Part shown: piece after piece, positions 21,268 to 31,144 of the stretch
How positions within the stretch are numbered: the first letter of the stretch is position 1
How the letters are laid out: the number at the start of each line of letters is the position of its first letter
Origin: a virus
Lineage: Duplodnaviria > Caudoviricetes
Length of the DNA: 53,524 nucleotides
Virus record (IMG/VR): IMGVR_UViG_3300020045_013114
Span: 1 to 53,524 of that record
Direction: 5' to 3' (one strand)
The notes under the pieces: generated by a model
What the model saw: the letters and a program-made list of their open reading frames with translations, nothing else
Told to the model about the DNA's origin: nothing
Databases searched by the model: none
Program-made: the position numbers and the translations under genes

Positions 21268-22380
21268 ATGCCAAAAAGATTAACACACGAAGAGTTTTTA
21301 GAAAAGTTAAAAGGAAAAAACTCGCACTATAGAGATGGAAAATTTGAAGTTATAAGTACTTATGAAAATTATTACGCACCCGTACTAGTAAAAGATAAAT
21401 ATGGAGTATGTAAAGTATCGTACACACAACTAATCAATAATAATTATATTCCTTCTATAATTAGTGCCATAGATAAAACTAACTATTTTAAAAATGAAAT
21501 TTTAGAATTGAACAAATATTATAAAAATAAAGATTTTGAAATAATAGGGAATTATGAGGGTAGGCAGTATAAAATACTAACTTTAGATAAGTATGGAATT
21601 TGTAACACAAATGTATCATCATTATTAGCTGGATATATGACGGGAATAGAATCCGCGATTAATAAAGAAGAATATTACCATAGTATTTTAAAAGAAAGAA
21701 ATCCTAAAATATCAAACTTAGTAGTTATTAAAGAGTATAAACCCCCTATGGTTAGGTTAGAAACATTATACGGCGAGTTGTCCGCATATTCAGATTCTGT
21801 ATTTGATTGGAATATTTTAAGTATTCAGTCAGCTTTAGATAAAGAAACATTTTGGATTAAAAGAGCTATAGATACTGTTACCTTTTCAAACAATGTAGAT
21901 TACAGAAATTGCAGATATGAAAATAATAAAACTCAAGTTTCTTTAAGTTGTAAGATACACAATTATGAGTATATGCAAAGACCAACTCATCATATGACTA
22001 GTACACAAGGGTGCCCATACTGCGCAACAAGTACAATAAAATACTCTAAAGAAAATTTTGAAAAACATAAAGACTTCTTTAAGGGAAGAAAAGGCACTTT
22101 ATATGTATTAAATTTAAAGGGGGAAGGAGAAAGTTTTTATAAAGTAGGTATTACAGGTAGAGATGAGAAGTATAGACTAAGTTCTATATCTCAAAACTAT
22201 AAAGTTACTGTAGAGTATCTAGAAGAAATGTCTATAGAAGAAGCATACAATTTGGAACAATTTTTCTTAACGGACTTTAAAAAATATAAATACATTCCGA
22301 AAATAAAATTTAAAGGTTATACAGAATGCTTATCAACTAATCCAATAGCCGAATATTATGATTGGTTTTACAATAAATAA
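21268..22380 (+). CDS. Putative homing endonuclease (repeats, Zn finger, C-terminal GIY-YIG/T5orf172-like)
   Basis: Internal repeats (DKYG.C x2), CKIH...GCPYC, LYVL......FYKVGIT, GYTEC. Confidence 0.75.
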   Translation: MPKRLTHEEFLEKLKGKNSHYRDGKFEVISTYENYYAPVLVKDKYGVCKVSYTQLINNNYIPSIISAIDKTNYFKNEILELNKYYKNKDFEIIGNYEGRQYKILTLDKYGICNTNVSSLLAGYMTGIESAINKEEYYHSILKERNPKISNLVVIKEYKPPMVRLETLYGELSAYSDSVFDWNILSIQSALDKETFWIKRAIDTVTFSNNVDYRNCRYENNKTQVSLSCKIHNYEYMQRPTHHMTSTQGCPYCATSTIKYSKENFEKHKDFFKGRKGTLYVLNLKGEGESFYKVGITGRDEKYRLSSISQNYKVTVEYLEEMSIEEAYNLEQFFLTDFKKYKYIPKIKFKGYTECLSTNPIAEYYDWFYNK

Positions 22381-22391
22381 ATAAATTAGAT

Positions 22392-23360
22392 ATGAATCAG
22401 AAAATTAAGAATTTAGACATTGAAAAAATCCTATTTTGGGATTTGGAATCAGTAAGAGCAAATAAGGAGTTAGTGCCCGACTCAGAAGAATATCACTTAT
22501 ACGAGCACAAAACTCGAAACAAAGAAACAGACGAGGTTTTACCACAAGCAGAAGTAATAGAACTTTATAGAAAAAAAGCTGCGTTAGACCGTACATATAA
22601 CAAAATAGTATGTATATCTATGGCTTATATTGCAGGAGGAAAGATTAATGTAAAATCTATTACAGGAAATCAAAAGGATATTATAAAAGAATTTTCTAAC
22701 GTGTTAAGTAAGGGGTTTATTCCTTGTGGGTGGAACATTGTAGGATTTGATTTTCCAGTTTTGAGAACGAAAGCATTTGAAGAAGGTGTTTTTGATTATG
22801 CCCCTGAAAGATTTAATGATGCAGGAAAAAAAGAATGGGGCATCACAGAAATTAAATATGAGATTAATATAATTGATTTAATGTTATTAGCTAAGGGTAC
22901 TTCATATTTAAATAGCTCTTTAGCTGAATGTTGCTACACTGCAAAAATCCCTTCTCCTAAAAACGATGATATAGAGGGGTCGCAAGTTTCAGAAGTTTAC
23001 TATAATGAAGGGGTAGAGAGAATTCAAAAATATTGTGAAAGAGATGTAATCAGTTGTGTACACTTATTACAATGGATGCGAGGAGAAGAGCTAACTAAAG
23101 ATATTGTTTACAAAACAGATAGGGAAGTTGAGCAACCGATTCTCAATAAACTATTCAACACAAAACAGTTTAATAAAGAAGTTAAAGATTATTTATTAGG
23201 GTTAAAAATTGCCAAAAAAGATAAAGAGACAGTTGAAAAATTAGTTTTGGCACACTATCAAGAGCAGATAGATGTTATGTCACAAAACAAAAAAGAACTG
23301 AAAGAGATAAATGAACAAAGAATAGAAGAGGTAAAAACTTTCTTTAAAACATTAAAATAA
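22392..23360 (+). CDS. DEDD 3'-5' exonuclease (PolB-exo-like)
   Basis: FWDLES (ExoI), GWNIVGFDFP (ExoII), YCERDV (ExoIII). Confidence 0.88.
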   Translation: MNQKIKNLDIEKILFWDLESVRANKELVPDSEEYHLYEHKTRNKETDEVLPQAEVIELYRKKAALDRTYNKIVCISMAYIAGGKINVKSITGNQKDIIKEFSNVLSKGFIPCGWNIVGFDFPVLRTKAFEEGVFDYAPERFNDAGKKEWGITEIKYEINIIDLMLLAKGTSYLNSSLAECCYTAKIPSPKNDDIEGSQVSEVYYNEGVERIQKYCERDVISCVHLLQWMRGEELTKDIVYKTDREVEQPILNKLFNTKQFNKEVKDYLLGLKIAKKDKETVEKLVLAHYQEQIDVMSQNKKELKEINEQRIEEVKTFFKTLK

Positions 23361-23362
23361 TT

Positions 23363-24073
23363 ATGAGTATACTACTTCCAAAAACCTTTGAAGACAGAAA
23401 CAACAAAAGACCTGAATGTAAAGGTAAGCCAAAATTAAGTTATAGCCAATATAGCTCTTATAAAGACCCTGAGTATCAAAACCAATATTATATTCAGTAT
23501 TTTAGTGGTATCAATCTACCAAGTGGTGAATTTGCAGAATTTGGAACATCCTGCGGAGAGTTTATTGAGGATGTGGGGAATAAAGCAGTTCCTGTTAGAT
23601 TAGGACACCTTTCCCAAGAAGATACAGAAGTTTTAATGAAATTAGATTATCCTGATAATTGTGTATATGAAGATGAGATTATTGTAGATTTAGGAGACTT
23701 TTGTTTGGAAGGTTACACAGATAGAACGTGGTATAAAGAAAATAATGAAGTTGAAATTAGAGATTACAAAACTTTAAATTTAGATAAGAAAAAAGACTTC
23801 TATGCTTCAGATGAGTATGGACAAACAGCTTTATACAGTCACCAAAAAGAATTAGAAGGATATAAGGTAACTAAAGCAGAAGTTGGTGGACTAGGACGTA
23901 AAGGAAGCAGCTTATCAGGCACAGGAAATTTTAAAATGAGGTTATCTGGACAAATAGAATTTATACCTACACCTTATACAGAAGAGCGTGGAAAAAAGAT
24001 TATAGCAGATATTACTAAAGTTGCACATCAGATTTCTGAGGATTATAAAATATTTCTAAAATATTTCAAATAA
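23363..24073 (+). CDS. PD-(D/E)XK nuclease (RecB/Cas4-like exonuclease)
   Basis: LSYSQ, FGT, GYTD...IRDYKT, Q..LY. Confidence 0.85.
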   Translation: MSILLPKTFEDRNNKRPECKGKPKLSYSQYSSYKDPEYQNQYYIQYFSGINLPSGEFAEFGTSCGEFIEDVGNKAVPVRLGHLSQEDTEVLMKLDYPDNCVYEDEIIVDLGDFCLEGYTDRTWYKENNEVEIRDYKTLNLDKKKDFYASDEYGQTALYSHQKELEGYKVTKAEVGGLGRKGSSLSGTGNFKMRLSGQIEFIPTPYTEERGKKIIADITKVAHQISEDYKIFLKYFK

Positions 24074-24076
24074 AAC

Positions 24077-24107
24077 TTGTAAGAACCAAAAACAAATCTT
24101 ATATTTG
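24077..24107 (+). promoter_or_regulatory. Promoter driving the non-coding RNA region
   Basis: TTG-N20-TATATTTG. Confidence 0.8.
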
Positions 24108-24112
24108 TAGAA

Positions 24113-24348
24113 GAAAAATAACAGAACAATAAGAAAGATAAATATAAGTATTTTATATTAAAAAACAGTGGAAGTAAGGGCACTGAAAACATTGTGATAT
24201 AGATAAGATATTGCACTATTCAAGATAACTGAAAACGAATGAAGAAAGTTAAGTGTTATGTTTATTAAGTATGAGTCAGTCATTTAATTGATAGCGTTAG
24301 GAGCGTGGCTTTTTCAATCTTGAGAAATGAGTTCTGTTTTTATTTTTC
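24113..24348 (+). ncRNA. Candidate structured ncRNA or leader (about 235 nt)
   Basis: ORF-free region directly after a promoter; helices cagtg/cactg, tgtgatat/atattgca, tcaagat/atcttga, gagtca/tggctt. Confidence 0.45.
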
Positions 24349-24361
24349 GCGCAAAAAAACT

Positions 24362-24562
24362 ATGAAAAAATACAATAAAATAACAAAGCAACAAGTACTA
24401 GACCTATATAAAGAAAGAACAGTTGTAAACAGAGAAGCAATAACTAAAAAATATGGTTGTTCTGTGTATGCAGTTAGAAGAGTTATAGAGGACTTACTTG
24501 ATGACAATAAAATTAAATTAACTAATTACGGATACAAACAAACACCCGTACCAATGCGATAG
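24362..24562 (+). CDS. Small winged-HTH-like protein
   Basis: QVLDLY..REAITKKYGCSVYAVRRVIEDL; ATG 24362 preferred over GTG 24305. Confidence 0.6.
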   Translation: MKKYNKITKQQVLDLYKERTVVNREAITKKYGCSVYAVRRVIEDLLDDNKIKLTNYGYKQTPVPMR

Positions 24563-24780
24563 GGAATAAATAAACGCCCTATCTTAGACGAAAGGTCAAA
24601 TAGTTCAGCAACGGGTGTTGAATAAAATATATTGCTTCTAAGTGAAGTACGAGCTATGAATATATGGGAACAAGTTAAAGAGATTTGATACTTAACTCTT
24701 GAATTCATATGCTGGTTATCTACAATATATTTTTTAAGAGTCGAGGGCTCAGTCAGTTGATTTGAGCACAGCTACCTCAG
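24541..24780 (+). ncRNA. Three consecutive structured RNA candidates
   Basis: aacacccgt/acgggtgtt with gataggg/ccctatc; aaaatatattg/caatatatttt with tatgaat/attcata; gagg-gctca/tgagc-cctc. Confidence 0.5.
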
Positions 24781-24814
24781 GATTTGATACAGTGACCTGC
24801 ACACGCGGTAAAAT

Positions 24815-24915
24815 GGGAAAGTATATCAGTTGGTAGAACTTATGCGGTAGACGTGCAACTCGTCATTAAATACTAGTGTGCATAAGGGTCGGGGATTCGA
24901 GTTCCTCCTTTTCCA
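24815..24915 (+). tRNA. Atypical tRNA-like RNA (101 nt) with Ala identity elements and expanded anticodon arm
   Basis: Acceptor GGGAAAG/CTTTTCC+A, D-loop AGTTGGTA, T-arm GGGGA-TTCGAGT-TCCTC; 48-nt arm in the anticodon position; no encoded CCA. Confidence 0.65.
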
Positions 24916-24926
24916 CAGAGCGATAG

Positions 24927-25172
24927 GTTCTTTATAGTGAGAAAAGCCCTTAAATTGGCGACTATAATGACTTATAGGAAAGACTATTATTTTATAGTAT
25001 AACAGTTCAGAAGCTATAATCTTAAAATACTGAATTGAGGTAAATATTCCCTTCCGATAAGAAGAATAGGGGGTAAATTAAAAAGAAACAGTTATTTAAG
25101 GTTACATTGTGAAGCGGTTAACACACCTTAGATTAAATCATAGAATCCGCTATTATAGGTTGCTGTTTCTTT
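24927..25172 (+). ncRNA. Further structured RNA candidates
   Basis: ttatagt/actataa with gcc/ggc; cagttcag/ctgaattg; aaagaaacag/ctgtttcttt with taaggt/acctta and loop-loop agcgg/ccgct. Confidence 0.4.
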
Positions 25173-25314
25173 ATTTTTTGGCGCAAAAAACAATTTAAAA
25201 ACAAATAATTATGAACTTATCAGAATTAGAGTTACACGTAAAAAAAGAATTACTTATAGATTGGATTAATCAAATGGATGAGCAGGGATTGGATGAATTA
25301 ATTGAAGAATATTT

Positions 25315-26176
25315 ATGAAAACAGCAATACAAGAATTAATTGAGTATATTGAAAAAAGATATGCAGGACAAGTCTCACAAGGAATAGTAGTTAAAGCAAG
25401 AGAGCTTTTAGAAAAAGAAAAACAGCAGATAATTGATGCTTGTAAATATGGAAATAATTTTGAGCAAGGAGATTTAATCTGCGAAGTATATTATAATCAA
25501 ACGTATAAAAACAAATAAATATGAACAAAGCTTTTGAAAAAACAGACAAAATAGTATTAGACTCCAATTGGGATTTAACCCCAGATGCAGATAACGGAGT
25601 GATTTTAACCTTCTCAGAAATTAGAGAAAGGGAGAAAACTAAAAAAGAGGGCGGAAAAACAATTAAAACAGGAGAATTTGAAGAGTATACATATGAAGAT
25701 AAGTTGTATTATCCGAGAATTGTACAAGCAATAAGAAAGTATTATGAAACCACTCTAAACAATAGTGAAACATTTAAAGAAATAATTGAGAAAGAAGATA
25801 AAATTATAGTTTTACTTGAAAAAATTGATAAAGAATTTAAACAATTTAATTAATTATGGGAGTAGACTATACAGGAAATTACGGAGCAGGAATACAAATC
25901 ATATTACCTGAATTTGAAGAAGGACACGAATTTTATGAAGATGAGTTTAGCTGGCTTGATGATTTATTAGAAGATACGGACTATTATTACTTTGAAGTTG
26001 GTGAAGAAATGTATGGAGGAGAGAAGAATGAGATATATGTTTGTATTAGTGAGCCGTTTAAAAAAGGATTTTATGATTTAGATTTTAAAATAGATGCTTT
26101 CTTAGCTTTTTTGCGCGAAAATAAAATAGAAACAGTTGGAGAATTTGACGTAGTAGGAGGATTATTAATTGACTAA
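25315..26176 (+). other. Hypothetical ORFs 25315, 25521, 25856 (last is strongly acidic)
   Basis: Coupled ORFs. Confidence 0.75.
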
Positions 26177-26188
26177 TCTATTAATAAG

Positions 26189-26220
26189 TTTGCACAACAA
26201 TAATATAATGCATACATTTG
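26189..26220 (+). promoter_or_regulatory. Bacteroidota-type promoter
   Basis: TTTG-N20-TACATTTG. Confidence 0.7.
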
Positions 26221-26232
26221 CATAACATATAT

Positions 26233-26257
26233 GCCTCTCTAGTTGGGAGGCTTTTTT
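26233..26257 (+). terminator. Intrinsic terminator
   Basis: gcctctc-tagtt-gggaggc + TTTTTT. Confidence 0.75.
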
Positions 26258-26403
26258 GACTAATAAATTTAAACAAATGAAATCAACACAAACAGCCCTA
26301 CAGAGAATCACACGAATAGAGAACTTTTACTACAAAAGGGGCGTGAATAAGGAAACCGTAAACGCCGTAAAAAGAAAAATACTTGCCTTAAAATTTAGTA
26401 AAA

Positions 26404-26892
26404 ATGACCTACAATCAAATAAGTAAAATCACAGGTAAAAGTGTTTCAAATATCCGAAGTCTTGCCCACAAATTGGACACAGAAAGAACTTTAATCAAAG
26501 GTGTTACACATATTTCTAAGGAGGATTTTGAGACCTTACAAGCGCACTTACAACCTAAAACATCAAAAACCAAAAACAGTAGGGTTAAGATTAGAGTTAT
26601 GGAAAACTATTTTAAAACTTACAGTTGTAGGGCTGTTGCAAGAACTTGTAATCTACAAAGGATAGCTGTTGGAAATATAGTTAAGGAGTGGGAAGATACA
26701 GGCTGTATTGTAGTAGACAGTTCTATTAATTTTGGTGAAAAAATACAAAATAAGGGTATATTTAAGAAAGGTAAGAAATGGGGATATTGCATAGTGAGAA
26801 ATGGAATTAAACACTATAAATCTGGGTTTGAAAATGAGCTAGAGGCAGTAGAAGAATTAACAAGAGTAAAGGAACAAATTAAAAATAAATAA
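26404..26892 (+). CDS. DNA-binding protein, two HTH-like segments plus AP2-like C-terminus
   Basis: TYNQISKITGKSVSNIR; SCRAVARTCNLQR; KGI..KGKKW.....NG...Y.SGF.NELEA. Confidence 0.6.
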   Translation: MTYNQISKITGKSVSNIRSLAHKLDTERTLIKGVTHISKEDFETLQAHLQPKTSKTKNSRVKIRVMENYFKTYSCRAVARTCNLQRIAVGNIVKEWEDTGCIVVDSSINFGEKIQNKGIFKKGKKWGYCIVRNGIKHYKSGFENELEAVEELTRVKEQIKNK

Positions 26893-28673
26893 TGTATACA
26901 AAACTAACAAAAAAACAGGTTGAAACTAAGGTTAATTTCATTAAAAACTACATCTCTGCTCACAATGCCGCAAGTGGTTCTCTCTTTGACTCAAATGCCA
27001 ATGTATCTAATAAGAATGTTGCAACACTTGAAGCAGAATTAAACAAAGATATTAATATTCAAGTGAATAGGTTATTAGTTTCTGAAAAAATAAAAGAGTT
27101 ATATGGTGAAGAACTTTCTTTAGAATATAATAGGCAAATTGAAGACCACGAAATTTATATTAACGATGAAACAAGCTTAAAACCATACTGTGTCAGTGTT
27201 ACAATGTATCCACTTTTATTTGACGGATTAACTAAATTAGGCGGTGAGTCAAAAGCCCCTAAGCACTTAGCAAGTTTTTGTGGTACGTTTGTTAATTTTT
27301 TATTTTCAGTTTCTTCTCAATTTGCGGGAGCTGTTGCAACAGTTGAGTTTTTAATGTATTTTGACTACTTTGCAAGAAGAGATTATGGAGATGATTACTT
27401 AAATACACATACAGAAATAATTAGAAATGAATTGCAACACGTTATTTATGCTATAAATCAACCTGCTGCGGCTAGAGGATACCAAAGTTGCTTTTGGAAT
27501 ATATCTCTTTATGATTCCTTCTATTTTGAGTCAATGTTTGGTACTTTTGTGTTCCCTAATGGAGACTCCCCAAAATATGAAAATATTGATAAGTTGCAGA
27601 AATTCTTTATGGAATGGTTTAATAAAGAAAGAGAAGTATCTATTTTAACTTTTCCAGTTATTACCGCCGCAATGCTAACTAAAGATAAAAAAACAGCAGA
27701 TGTAGAGTTTGCAAATTTTTGTGCAAAAGAGCTGAGTGAAGGGAATTCATTCTTTATTTATCAGTCTGATAGCGCAGATAGTTTGGCAAGTTGTTGCCGC
27801 TTAAGAAACGAGTTTACTGATAATACATTTAGCTATTCTCTAGGAGCAGGTGGTGTATCAACAGGCTCTATTAATGTAATCACTATAAATATTAATAGAT
27901 TGGTTCAGAATAATATATCTGTCGGTGATGTTGTTGACAAAATACACAAGTATCAAATAGCTTACAGAAAAATAATTGAAGATTATAAAAATGCCAATAT
28001 GTTGCCTGTATATGATGCTGGTTTTATTACTTTAGATAAACAGTTTTTAACAATTGGTATTAACGGAATGGTTGAGGCTGCTGAGTTTTTAGGATTAGAG
28101 ATTTCAGATAATGAAGGTTATAAAAACTTTATTAATAACACTCTAAAAGTTATTTATGATAGAAATAAGCAAATTAAGGCTGAAACAGGTTATATGTTTA
28201 ATACAGAATTTGTTCCCGCAGAAAATCTAGGAATTAAAAATGCTAATTGGGATAGAAAAGACGGTTTAATTGTTCCTAGAGACTGTTATAATTCTTATTT
28301 TTATGCTGTTGAAGATGACTCTTTAAACGTCGTTGATAAATTTTATATGCACGGAAATGATTATATTAAATATCTTGATGGTGGAAGTGCTTATCACTGT
28401 AATTTGGAAGAATATCCAACTCAAGAAGGTTTCTATAAGCTTTTAAATGTTGCGGCTTCTACAGGATGTAATTACTTCTGTTTTAATGTTAAAGTGACAG
28501 TTTGTAATAGTTGTGATTATATTAATAAGCAAACAAAGCAGTCTTGTACTAAGTGCGGAAGCAAAGATGTTGATTATGCTACGAGAATTATTGGCTATTT
28601 AAAAAGAATTACCAACTTCTCAAAAGACCGCCAAAAAGAAGAAAAGCAAAGGTATTATGCCGATAAAGTTTAA
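26892..28673 (+). CDS. nrdD: Anaerobic (class III) ribonucleoside-triphosphate reductase
   Basis: SCCRL finger loop, FPVIT, EFVPAE, CxxC...CxxC, glycyl-radical motif TRIIGYL. Confidence 0.95.
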   Translation: MYTKLTKKQVETKVNFIKNYISAHNAASGSLFDSNANVSNKNVATLEAELNKDINIQVNRLLVSEKIKELYGEELSLEYNRQIEDHEIYINDETSLKPYCVSVTMYPLLFDGLTKLGGESKAPKHLASFCGTFVNFLFSVSSQFAGAVATVEFLMYFDYFARRDYGDDYLNTHTEIIRNELQHVIYAINQPAAARGYQSCFWNISLYDSFYFESMFGTFVFPNGDSPKYENIDKLQKFFMEWFNKEREVSILTFPVITAAMLTKDKKTADVEFANFCAKELSEGNSFFIYQSDSADSLASCCRLRNEFTDNTFSYSLGAGGVSTGSINVITININRLVQNNISVGDVVDKIHKYQIAYRKIIEDYKNANMLPVYDAGFITLDKQFLTIGINGMVEAAEFLGLEISDNEGYKNFINNTLKVIYDRNKQIKAETGYMFNTEFVPAENLGIKNANWDRKDGLIVPRDCYNSYFYAVEDDSLNVVDKFYMHGNDYIKYLDGGSAYHCNLEEYPTQEGFYKLLNVAASTGCNYFCFNVKVTVCNSCDYINKQTKQSCTKCGSKDVDYATRIIGYLKRITNFSKDRQKEEKQRYYADKV

Positions 28674-29136
28674 TTCTTATAATATAGTTTTACAGGAGAT
28701 TCCAAATGAAATTACACTAGCTTTTGAAATTATAGGTTGTAAGTTAAATTGTAAAGGTTGCCACTCTCAGCATCTTTGGGACACAAATAAAGGAGAAGTT
28801 TTAACAGATGAAATCCTACTAAATCTTTTAGATAAATATGAGAATACTATTTCTTGTGTTTTATTTATGGGCGGAGAATGGACAGAATCTTTACTATCAA
28901 AAATAGAATTAGTTAAAAGTAAAGGATTAAAAGTAGCTTTATACACAGGATTGACTGAAAAGCAGGTATTTAAAAAATATCCATCACTATTAGATAAATT
29001 AGATTTTATTAAATACGGAAGATGGGTAGAAGAACTTGGAGGTTTAAAGAGTGTAATAACTAATCAGCTTTTGATGGATTTAAAAACCAAAGAAATTTTA
29101 AACAAGTATTTTATTAGTCCCCTATCATTAAGTTGA
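28657..29136 (+). CDS. nrdG: Class III RNR activating radical-SAM protein
   Basis: CKLNCKGCH (CxxxCxxC), FMGGEW, LYTG; adjacent to nrdD. Confidence 0.93.
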   Translation: MPIKFNSYNIVLQEIPNEITLAFEIIGCKLNCKGCHSQHLWDTNKGEVLTDEILLNLLDKYENTISCVLFMGGEWTESLLSKIELVKSKGLKVALYTGLTEKQVFKKYPSLLDKLDFIKYGRWVEELGGLKSVITNQLLMDLKTKEILNKYFISPLSLS

Positions 29137-29148
29137 TGGGGGTTTTTT
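29117..29148 (+). terminator. Intrinsic terminator
   Basis: cccctatca-ttaagt-tgatggggg + T-tract. Confidence 0.8.
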
Positions 29149-29201
29149 GTTCCTGTTCTTTTCAGTTTTTTGCGCGAAAAACAAAATAAAACAGATTTTT
29201 C

Positions 29202-29232
29202 TTTGTACATTCAATATTTATACCTATCTTTG
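29202..29232 (+). promoter_or_regulatory. Bacteroidota-type promoter
   Basis: TTTG-N19-TATCTTTG. Confidence 0.8.
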
Positions 29233-29251
29233 TAGAAGAAAATTTAAAACT

Positions 29252-31033
29252 ATGGAAACTTTAAGAACAATTTGGAATTTTTTATTTAACCACAAAACAG
29301 TATGTGGCAAGCAATGGATTGAAGAATCTATGACTAAAGAGTACGGTGAAGACTGGCTTGAACAATGTATGGAGAGTTTAAAAGACCCTGATATTAGAAA
29401 ATCAATTGCGAAAGAATTAAAATTAAGACAATAATGGACAGAGGAATGAAATCTTTTTGCGACAGAAAGCAAATAAACGCAATAAAAACGGTTAAAATGT
29501 TTACAAAAGAAACAGGCTTACAAGTTGATAATAACTTTGTAAAGTTTGCTACATTTGTAGATAAGAAGATTAAGAGTGGGGAATTACAAGGTAACGATGC
29601 TCCCTTAAACAAAGAAATGTGGGACGAGAATAAAAGAGAGAAAGCTGAATATGATGCTGAGATGGCTACGTTTACTACAGAACAAAGACAGTTTTATGGT
29701 AGAGTTAAGAGAGTTGGTAGAAACACTTTAGACTCCTTTTTCGGCAAAAAACAATTAACAAAGCCTAAACAAACTGAATCAAAAACTAAACTAGGTAGAA
29801 TGATACCAATATTTGATTATTTAAAAGATAATGGATTACTTGAAGAGTTTATGGAATATCAATATGTAAAACAATAAATTATGATACCAACAGCAGAAGA
29901 ATTACTAGCAAACAGTTTTGATGGTTTGAGAGAAGTTATAAATGATGATGACCTATTCTTTTTTTATAAAGGAGTTATGTGTGAGTTTGCAAAAAATTTA
30001 GCGGAATTACACGTAGAAGAAGCCTTGAAAATAGCGAGTAAAAATGCACAAGTAACTGATTGGGGTTATGCAGTTAGTAAAGATTCAATATTAAATGCTT
30101 ATCCACTTGAGAATATAAAATGACGAAAGAAGAATATTTAGAATTAAAGAGAGTGTATAAATATGCTAATTGGGTTTTAATAGGCTGTTCTTTAATAGCT
30201 GTAGTATTAAATTACTGTTTTTTAACTTTTTTGGCGCGAAAATGAGAATATAAAATTATGGAAAGAGATGATATTTTAGAAGAGTTAGAAGATATGTGGG
30301 AAGAGTCAAATAGTATCCACTTAGGAAGTGGAGAAGCCGAATTAGATTTTAGAGAAGCAGTGGCAGATTGGATTTATAGACTTTACAACGAAAAGTAATG
30401 AAAAAAGAAACAACAATTAACTATTTAGGAGTTGAGTTAACGGTTTTTGGTAACTTTGAACCACCAGAAGAACAAGTTAAATATTACAGTGATATGTCAG
30501 GCTATCCAGGAAGTCCTGCTGAATTTAATATAGAGAAGGTAATGACAGAATCAGGAGATGATATTTACGGAATTTTCTTAGACAATCAAATTGAAGATAT
30601 AGAAGAGTTGTGTTTAATTAATTTATCTTTTTAACCCTTTTGCGAAAAAATTATGAATAAAGAATATAAAGCTTTTATAGATAAAATGCGTGATGACGAA
30701 AGTATTAAAGGAGAATTTGAATTTTATTGGCGTATTTCACAGGCTATCTTAGAGGACGATAAAAGTTTAAGTTATGACGAAAAAGAACACTTTTTAGCAA
30801 TACATAAATCAACTTTAGACGTATACACTCTTCAATAGAAATTAAAATTTATGATAAACAAAGACGAAAACAAGATAGGATTTGCAACCTACGAATTAGC
30901 TCGTGAGGAGCTTGAACGCATAATAAATACAAACTACAATGTATGTAAAAAGAAGAAGCCTACAAGGGTGTATTTCAGCCAAATCACAAAATTATGGCAT
31001 CTTACTAGTAGCCCCACAATTACCATATATTAA
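29252..31033 (+). other. Small hypothetical ORFs (29252, 29434, 29881, 30398, 30653, 30851)
   Basis: Coupled ORFs; first start moved to ATG 29252. Confidence 0.7.
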
Positions 31034-31069
31034 ATTTCCGCAAAAACAAAATAAAAAACAGCAAAACTC

Positions 31070-31100
31070 TTGCAAGAACAAAATAAAGGTTATATATTTG
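31070..31100 (+). promoter_or_regulatory. Bacteroidota-type promoter
   Basis: TTG-N20-TATATTTG. Confidence 0.8.
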
Positions 31101-31144
31101 CATAAGAAAAGGACATAAGTCCCGAATAATTAAAAACATAACTT

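Noticed and set aside
23363-24073. Cas4 as part of a CRISPR system
   Set aside because: Generic phage PD-(D/E)XK exonuclease without the Fe-S cysteines; no array or other cas genes.
24541-24970. Hammerhead, pistol, theta/HDV ribozyme or SAM-II riboswitch
   Set aside because: No CTGATGA core, and the required pseudoknots and conserved junctions could not be built by hand.
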